Shown: one piece after another, positions 57,921 to 64,000 of the stretch
Numbering within the stretch: the first letter of the stretch is position 1
How the letters are laid out: every line of letters starts with the position of its first letter
Position numbers and translations under genes: made by a program
From: Candidatus Nanohaloarchaea archaeon
GTDB lineage: Archaea > Nanohalarchaeota > Nanosalinia > Nanosalinales > Nanosalinaceae
Direction of reading: 5' to 3'
Length of the DNA stretch: 64,000 nt
NCBI GenBank assembly: GCA_013343275.1
Contig: CP046106.1
Coordinates: 672,001 to 736,000 of the forward strand
Notes under the pieces: model-generated
The model's database searches: none
What the model was told of the DNA's origin: nothing
What the model saw: only the letters and a program-made list of their open reading frames with translations

Positions 57921-58340
57921 TTATTGCTCCACCTCTTTTTCCTGCATTATTTCTGCGAATCCAGGCCATGCTCTCAGAATATCTGACTGTGTGACTATTC
58001 CGACAAGCATGTCGCCTCTGACAACCGGTACACGGGAGACGTTGTTCTTGGACATTGCCATTGCGACATCATCCAGAAGCTCATCCTCTTCGGCCACTAT
58101 CAGGTCTGTACTCATTATGTCTTTCACCTTGGTCTCTCGGGCCTCTTTTCCTTCAGCTATTATGTCGTAGGTTATATCTCTGCAGACTACTACACCTACA
58201 GCATCTTCGTCCTCTATTACGACCAGGCCTCTGATATCTTCCTGTCGAAGCTTGTTCGCTGCCTCTACTGCATTACTATTGGCGTCTACTGCGACTACGC
58301 CTTCAGTCATAACCTCCTTCAGTTTTACTTTTCCGTCCAT
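57921..58340 (-). CDS. CBS-pair protein (tandem paralog)
   Basis: Two CBS motifs, very similar to the downstream gene. Confidence 0.92.
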   Translation of the reverse strand: MDGKVKLKEVMTEGVVAVDANSNAVEAANKLRQEDIRGLVVIEDEDAVGVVVCRDITYDIIAEGKEARETKVKDIMSTDLIVAEEDELLDDVAMAMSKNNVSRVPVVRGDMLVGIVTQSDILRAWPGFAEIMQEKEVEQ

Positions 58341-58385
58341 ATGAGAAACTGGGAGAAATGATTCTAAAGAAGCTTTTGGTTGCCT

Positions 58386-61300
58386 TCAGTTCGCGAACTG
58401 TTTCAGTCCGGTCTGGCGGTCGCTTTTACCGAAAAGGCTCTGAATTGTCTTGTTCAGTATAAGTATCTGCTGCCTGATGTAAGGAGAAACCTCGTAGTTA
58501 TCAATTATCTCCTTAGAAGGCTCAAGATACTTCTTGATAGTTCCCTCGGAGATAGTCAGCAACACCTTCCCATCACACTCCGGACACCGGGCCGTAGTCT
58601 TTCCCGTAGGCGCAATAGTCTGGTTAGTCATCGGCACCCGCCGGAACTTCTCGTTACAGTCCACACAGCGCATCTTCTGACTGGAGAACGAACGCAAGTT
58701 ACCCTTGATATCAGGAATAAAGTGCTTGTCCAGCAACAGATCAGCCACCGCATTCTCGTTAACAGCTCTAATTCTCTCACCCAGCTTCAACTGGTTATCA
58801 GTCTTCTCGCTCATCTCATCCAAAGTCACGTACTCTGACTGGTTAGGCCCATCATCGATATCCGAAGTCTCAATAGTGTAATCATGAGAATAAGGCTCAT
58901 CGCTGTGAACAATATCCTCACCAATCTCAATATCAGTCTCCAGATTCCAGGGCTCCTTGTACTCCTTCGTCTCCTCATAGAAACTACGCGGATAATCATC
59001 TACAGTCTCAACAGCCCAGGCCTCATCATCAACCTCATCAGAGTTAAGCACAGTCGATAAAATCAGCGGAGCATCCATAGTTCTAGCGCCAGTCATGTCA
59101 GGAAGGTACTTACGCGAAAAGTTCAGCAATCCATCCATCATAAGCAGTATGGCGTCCTCATCTCCGTCACAATTCCTGCGTTTAGCTGCATGCCAGTAAG
59201 GATGGGCATAAATCCCTTTAGCATCGGTAAAACCAATTATGCGGCCTACTGTGCCTCCTGATGTGTGTGGTGCGAGGCCGATAACTAGTTCTCCTACCAG
59301 ATCTTCTTTTGATTCGGCATCGTAGTATGGTTCGAGGCCGTAAAACTCTTCAAGTAGTTCGTCTATGTATTTAGCGGCTCTGAGCATGTAGTCTGAGGCT
59401 GCTAGAGTGTTGTCTCCGTCAGGGATCAGTATGTCTTGTGGTTTCAGTTCGACTACCTGTTCTTCGTTCTCGAGTGGTTCGCCGTCTTTGTCCTCTGTGT
59501 ATCCTAGCTCTCGCAGTTTTTCTACTGATACGCTGGCTTCTTTTGGTTTGAAATGTGTCATTGGGAGATCTGTGGCGTCGTATCTTACTGTTCCGTCCTT
59601 GTTGACGTAGAGGTCGTGCTTCTTTCTCAGAAGGCCTTTTTCGATTGGTTCTACGATCTTGGTCTTGGATGTCATTCCTCTGAAAGATTTGAGGAGTTCC
59701 GGAGGCCTGTTCATTCCAAGGTTGTCGAGAGCTTTGTCCATGATTTCGCGGACGTTGATATCGGTGTTCTGATATCTGTTGATGTATTCATTGCCGCAGC
59801 TGCCACAGACTTCTGTCTCCTCTTTGAACTCTTTGCCACAGTCGCTGCACACCCACAGAGGTTCTGTAGGGTTGCCGCAGTCCTGGCAGTATGAGAAGTG
59901 TGATTTATCTCCGCATTCAGGGCAGTAGTTCTGCACAATCTGTTCGTTTACTATTCCTTTTTCGCTGTGCATCGTGTTGTTGTATGCAGCAGTAAGATTT
60001 CTCATGCGGCCTCCTTCCTGTTTTCCACATGGGAAGAGCAGCTGTGGCTTCCCGTTCAGAGTTCTTCTCTCTGCTTTCTCCGGTCGGCCCATCCTGGCGC
60101 CCAGGTAGTGAGGTGCAGGATCACCCATCTCTACACCTGAAATCTCTTCAACTGCCTCAACTATCTCCGAGCTGCTGTCGACAGACTCAACTATCTCTTT
60201 ATTATCTTCTTCAGGTTTCAGCAGTAGCTTCAGGGCCTTGAGGTCTTCTTCCCTGACTTTTATCTGGTTGCCGTCTTTCTCGTGCTGTACCAGCAGTTCT
60301 TCAAGCGCGGCCTTTGTTTTCTCTCCGCTTAGCTCTCCTTCCTGCATAGATTCATAGAGAGCCTGGAATTTCTCTGGCGAGGTGTCTTCCCAGTGGTATG
60401 TCCATTTTGGATGCAGCTTTATTCCGAGCTTCTCGCTTATCTTGAATGCCTCCTGCGGGTTAGGGTCGCGTTCCGAGAAATCACGGCCTAACGCTACATT
60501 CTGCTCTTCGAGAGCATGTTCCAGGTCTTTCTCCCACCATTCCGGTACGTAAGGTGATGGCAGTAGTTTCTTGCCGTTCTCCACGAACTCTCCGTAAGTT
60601 ACAAGCATGTCGCCCAGGAAAAGTATTTCCTCTACATCATTCTCTATCTCTCGGGCCTCTTCCCGGCTCTCAACTTTCTTCACGTCGCCATTCTTGAGCT
60701 TAACTACCGGCGGATGTACGCTGTCGCAGGGCGTTGCTACAGTTCCTTTCATAGGGTACTCGGTTTTCAGCTGGGTTCCTATCGCGATAAACCTCTGGGA
60801 TATCTCCAAGGTTGCCGGATGCATCGATACTGCTGCAAGGCCGTTGGTCCTTGAGTGGCCGTATCTAAGTCTGAACCCTCCTTTCTCTCCGGGATGGGAG
60901 AATATAGGCCTTCCTGCAGTGATTGATCCCAGGAACTTGTCGGAAGGAGTATAATCTGCTTCTTCCTTGTCCTCTCCTTCCTCTTCATCGTCGTCGCTGC
61001 CTGAGGAGTGGATCTCTTTCTGTAGGTCCAGGTAGTCTTTCACCCATTCCCAGTGCTCGAGGCCGAAGTCCTTACCCCATTTCTCTATCCTTTTCTTGAT
61101 CTTCGGGGCCTTCAGCGGTAGGCCATCCAGGTACACGAGGCACATTCCTCCTCTGATCTGGTTAGTATCTATACGATCGAGGTCCTTGTAGTTCGAGACC
61201 TCTATCTGTTCTGTAGGCGACCCGGTGACTTCGACCGGAACATTCTCCGCGATCATAGATGTTTCCTCGCGTTCTGGGTAGTACTGCTTTGCCGTCACAC

Positions 61301-61892
61301 GTGTGTAGTAGTCATCTACTTCGGCTGCGTAACGGTTGACAACAGTCTCTGAAGGCTTAAACCTGTCAAGGCCTACACCTATCCTGACGTAGTCCGCCAG
61401 CAGAACGCTCATCGCTGATGCTGTTCCACCTGCTGACCTGATAGGGCCTGAGTAGTACATCGCCAGGTACTCTGTTCCATCATTGTTCTCTCTGATCTTG
61501 ACATCTCCAATTCCTTCAAGAGGTGCTGTAGTGATTCCTCCTGTCATGTAGCTGACGCCTACACGGATACCTGCCTCACAGGCCCTTTCAAGATCGTCGA
61601 ACTCATGGAAATCTCCTTCTGCAATCTCTCTGGCTATAGAGAAGGAGACTCTCTCATCGTTCTTGCCGTACTCATCTTCCAGTTCACGTATTCTCTCTGC
61701 AACACCTTGATCCTCGAGTTCCGGGAACTGTGCTGCGATAACAAGACTCGAGGCCTTTTCCGCCAGGTCCTCGGCAACAGGTATATCTACTCGCTGCTCC
61801 GGATCTTTCGACTGATCACGGGCTTCTTCAGCTATATCGTACGCTTTCTCCGTCTTGTCTCTTATGCTGTCGAAGTATTTTTCAGTATCCAT
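58386..61892 (-). CDS. polC: DNA polymerase D large subunit DP2, intein-free
   Basis: GPIRSAGGT, GGFRLRYG, RMGRPEK, AAKRRNCDGDED, Zn fingers; start MDTEKYF (alternative ATG at 61961). Confidence 0.97.
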   Translation of the reverse strand: MDTEKYFDSIRDKTEKAYDIAEEARDQSKDPEQRVDIPVAEDLAEKASSLVIAAQFPELEDQGVAERIRELEDEYGKNDERVSFSIAREIAEGDFHEFDDLERACEAGIRVGVSYMTGGITTAPLEGIGDVKIRENNDGTEYLAMYYSGPIRSAGGTASAMSVLLADYVRIGVGLDRFKPSETVVNRYAAEVDDYYTRVTAKQYYPEREETSMIAENVPVEVTGSPTEQIEVSNYKDLDRIDTNQIRGGMCLVYLDGLPLKAPKIKKRIEKWGKDFGLEHWEWVKDYLDLQKEIHSSGSDDDEEEGEDKEEADYTPSDKFLGSITAGRPIFSHPGEKGGFRLRYGHSRTNGLAAVSMHPATLEISQRFIAIGTQLKTEYPMKGTVATPCDSVHPPVVKLKNGDVKKVESREEAREIENDVEEILFLGDMLVTYGEFVENGKKLLPSPYVPEWWEKDLEHALEEQNVALGRDFSERDPNPQEAFKISEKLGIKLHPKWTYHWEDTSPEKFQALYESMQEGELSGEKTKAALEELLVQHEKDGNQIKVREEDLKALKLLLKPEEDNKEIVESVDSSSEIVEAVEEISGVEMGDPAPHYLGARMGRPEKAERRTLNGKPQLLFPCGKQEGGRMRNLTAAYNNTMHSEKGIVNEQIVQNYCPECGDKSHFSYCQDCGNPTEPLWVCSDCGKEFKEETEVCGSCGNEYINRYQNTDINVREIMDKALDNLGMNRPPELLKSFRGMTSKTKIVEPIEKGLLRKKHDLYVNKDGTVRYDATDLPMTHFKPKEASVSVEKLRELGYTEDKDGEPLENEEQVVELKPQDILIPDGDNTLAASDYMLRAAKYIDELLEEFYGLEPYYDAESKEDLVGELVIGLAPHTSGGTVGRIIGFTDAKGIYAHPYWHAAKRRNCDGDEDAILLMMDGLLNFSRKYLPDMTGARTMDAPLILSTVLNSDEVDDEAWAVETVDDYPRSFYEETKEYKEPWNLETDIEIGEDIVHSDEPYSHDYTIETSDIDDGPNQSEYVTLDEMSEKTDNQLKLGERIRAVNENAVADLLLDKHFIPDIKGNLRSFSSQKMRCVDCNEKFRRVPMTNQTIAPTGKTTARCPECDGKVLLTISEGTIKKYLEPSKEIIDNYEVSPYIRQQILILNKTIQSLFGKSDRQTGLKQFAN

Positions 61893-62009
61893 TATTGTCA
61901 ATCCTCTTTGTAATCCATTCTGCGAATGGTTTTTGCGTGTGAATCTGAGCGTCGCAGACATTTTGTCTGCTCTGAACAGATTTTCTGAAATCTGTGGTAA
62001 CCAGTTCTC

Positions 62010-63584
62010 TTAGAACTGTTTTACGTCTGTGTTTCGGGTTTTGAAGTCTACAAGAGTGACTTTCCCTGGATCCGGTTCGTGGCCTACACGTTTCTGGAAA
62101 TCTGTCTGTGCCTGGAAAGTTGAAGATGCGATGACGTTTACTCCTTTGTAGCTTTCGTTGGCGTGGCTGTGGAGGTGTCCTGCGACAAATACATCCGGTT
62201 CGTGCTCTATAACCAGATTGTCTCGGCCTTCAGGCGATACCAGGTTGGAGCCGTAGGTCGGAGCTAGGTGTCTTCTCTTGAGAAGATCGATCATTACATG
62301 GCTTGGATCATCGTAGGCCTTCTCCCTCAAGGACTGTATCTGGTCGATCTGTTCGTCGAAACTGTAACCATGGTACATCAGGTTCTTGATTCCTTTACTT
62401 CTGATTGCGTGAAGCCTGACAGTCTGCGGGTTCTGTACCAGATGCACGTTGTTGAAGTCGGAGATAGTTGGGAGTGCGTCCTCCGCAATCCTTGGCTGTG
62501 GCTCAGCTAAACGTGTAATATCGTGGTTTCCTGGGCCGAGAAGAATCTGGATGTGCTCTGGAATCCTCTCCACCCATCTCTCGAACCGCTGGTACTGCTT
62601 GTATATATCTGTAACCTCGAGCTCTTCCTCCTGGCCTGGATAGGTTCCGACTCCTTCAACCACGTCGCCTGGAATCACCAGGTAGCCAACGTTCTCGGCC
62701 TGCGAAGAGTTCAACCATTCAGCAAACCTGTCAAGCCTCTTGTTCAAAGTATCCTTCGAACCCATATGGAAATCAGAGATATAGGCCGCAGAAACCTCGT
62801 CTTTAGTAGTTTTTACGCCCTGAGGTATTGGTAGGTCAGGCCTCACAATATCATCAGCATAAATTATATCGCCGCCGAGGTTTCCTCTAACACCTATTAC
62901 CTCGTCAGGAACAATTCTCTCGCCGTCTCTCTCACCTGCTAGTACCTTGAAGGTTCCTGTCTTGTCCTCGATCTCCACAATCCATTTACCAGACTGTGTT
63001 GAGTATTTGTCATTTACCAGGCCGATTGTCGTGGCCTCGTCTCCTTCGTCCCTTGATTCAAGCCTTTTGATCGAGGTTGCGGATTTCATCTCCATTCTCT
63101 GCATCAACATCTTCTTCATACGGTCGTAACGATCATTGTAGTATCCAAGGAACTCAGGTACATCTTTCTCGTCTTCAGAAATATCTATTTCGTCAAGTAT
63201 CTCGACCTTGGTCCTCATCTCGGACCTGTTGCGGTCGTCCTTAATCCTTACAGTCTTGTCCTTGCTGAACTTGGAGCTAGTCTCATCGAACTCCTCACCC
63301 AGCTCGACACTCTCCGTAGAATTATCCTCGTCGTCGGACTCTGTCTGCTCTTCCTCGAGCTTTGTCTTCTCTACCAGTTTACCCCCCTCTGTTTCATGTA
63401 CAACTTCGTCCTCAACACTGTTACTTCTTTCCCTAAGATTATTTAGCATCATCTCAGAGACATACATAGGCGTAACATCCAGGCCTTTAATCGCCTCTAC
63501 ATCTTCCTCAGTAAGGCCTTCTGCTGCATCCTTACCTATAATACATCCTTGCTGTGTTAGCTCTTTGAGTGCTTTCTCATTCAT
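62010..63584 (-). CDS. DNA polymerase D small subunit DP1
   Basis: OB fold plus phosphoesterase motifs ISDFHMGS, GDVVEG, PGNHD, YHG, RHLAP, GHLH. Confidence 0.96.
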   Translation of the reverse strand: MNEKALKELTQQGCIIGKDAAEGLTEEDVEAIKGLDVTPMYVSEMMLNNLRERSNSVEDEVVHETEGGKLVEKTKLEEEQTESDDEDNSTESVELGEEFDETSSKFSKDKTVRIKDDRNRSEMRTKVEILDEIDISEDEKDVPEFLGYYNDRYDRMKKMLMQRMEMKSATSIKRLESRDEGDEATTIGLVNDKYSTQSGKWIVEIEDKTGTFKVLAGERDGERIVPDEVIGVRGNLGGDIIYADDIVRPDLPIPQGVKTTKDEVSAAYISDFHMGSKDTLNKRLDRFAEWLNSSQAENVGYLVIPGDVVEGVGTYPGQEEELEVTDIYKQYQRFERWVERIPEHIQILLGPGNHDITRLAEPQPRIAEDALPTISDFNNVHLVQNPQTVRLHAIRSKGIKNLMYHGYSFDEQIDQIQSLREKAYDDPSHVMIDLLKRRHLAPTYGSNLVSPEGRDNLVIEHEPDVFVAGHLHSHANESYKGVNVIASSTFQAQTDFQKRVGHEPDPGKVTLVDFKTRNTDVKQF

Positions 63585-63617
63585 TCCTTGCAATACCCCC
63601 TTCAATTCAAGCGCTGT

Positions 63618-64000
63618 CTAAAGGTAGAACTTCTCCTCTACCATCTCTTCCAGCTGTGAACGGATTTCCTCTGGAAGATCAACGCTGATCTGTCTTGTAC
63701 GGCCGTAACGGCCTTTACTGATTACTTTTGCATTTATCACACCGAGCATATCGAGCTCCGAGATAAGTCCAGAAACCCTTCTCTGCGTGAGTTCTGAAAC
63801 ATCTACGTCCTCACACAGCTCCTTGTACTCGCTGTATACATCCCCCGTAGCGATTTCGTCCTCGTCCTCAGTCATCTGAAGAATAGTGTAGAGAACCAGC
63901 TTCGACTGCTTAGGCTGAGAACGAACAGTCTCAACCATTCTATCGCGCTCAATCTTGTCCTGAGCACGATCAACATGCTTCTTGTAGATCTTGTCATCCT
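63618..64000 (-). CDS. cdc6: Orc1/Cdc6 initiator, C-terminal wHTH (truncated by window)
   Basis: TGDVY..Y..LC...LTQRRVSGLISELDMLGVI...SKGRYGRTR; cdc6-DP1-DP2 gene order. Confidence 0.95.
   Translation of the reverse strand, partial: DDKIYKKHVDRAQDKIERDRMVETVRSQPKQSKLVLYTILQMTEDEDEIATGDVYSEYKELCEDVDVSELTQRRVSGLISELDMLGVINAKVISKGRYGRTRQISVDLPEEIRSQLEEMVEEKFYL

Noticed and set aside
29452-63584. Inteins in polB, radA, DP2 or DP1
   Set aside because: Lengths and motif spacing are normal; no intein termini seen
242-63621. Many antisense or overlapping ORFs in the six-frame track (e.g. 8623..9282, 22842..23570, 37561..38283)
   Set aside because: Shadow frames of well-supported genes, Ser/Leu/Phe-rich as expected opposite acidic codons

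Overview
Chromosomal window of a halophilic archaeon, most likely a nanohaloarchaeon (DPANN). This is inferred from the very acidic proteins, moderate GC, dense gene packing, many leaderless starts and GGTGA/GAGGT ribosome-binding sites. Most of it is core genome: serS (3' end), topA, a four-gene chorismate-to-Phe/Tyr operon, radB, cdc48, map, malic enzyme, ADP-forming acetyl-CoA synthetase divergent from a pdhABCD operon, a P2A-type ATPase, polB, two histones, grpE-dnaK-dnaJ, RPA-radA, dnaG, and cdc6(partial)-DP1-DP2. There is one intron-containing tRNA-Thr(CGU). I saw no CRISPR, IS element, integrase or intein. The most interesting signals are non-coding or below the ORF-track cutoff: (1) a ~350 nt structured RNA with a pseudoknot at 33.2-33.6 kb, leading into a 37-aa ORF; (2) a 16-20 bp motif present three times between convergent genes at 41.6-41.8 kb and once in the promoter of a wHTH gene at 34.25 kb, flanked by five TGTTC-N9-GAACA palindromes (origin- or partition-like locus); (3) mini-ORFs that link one gene's stop codon to the next gene's start in several operons; (4) an H/ACA guide RNA predicted to target 23S rRNA helix 69; (5) strong over-representation of AGGCCT; (6) an operon of three paralogous unknown proteins behind tandem CBS genes. 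All coordinates, pairings and counts were read by eye and need computational confirmation.
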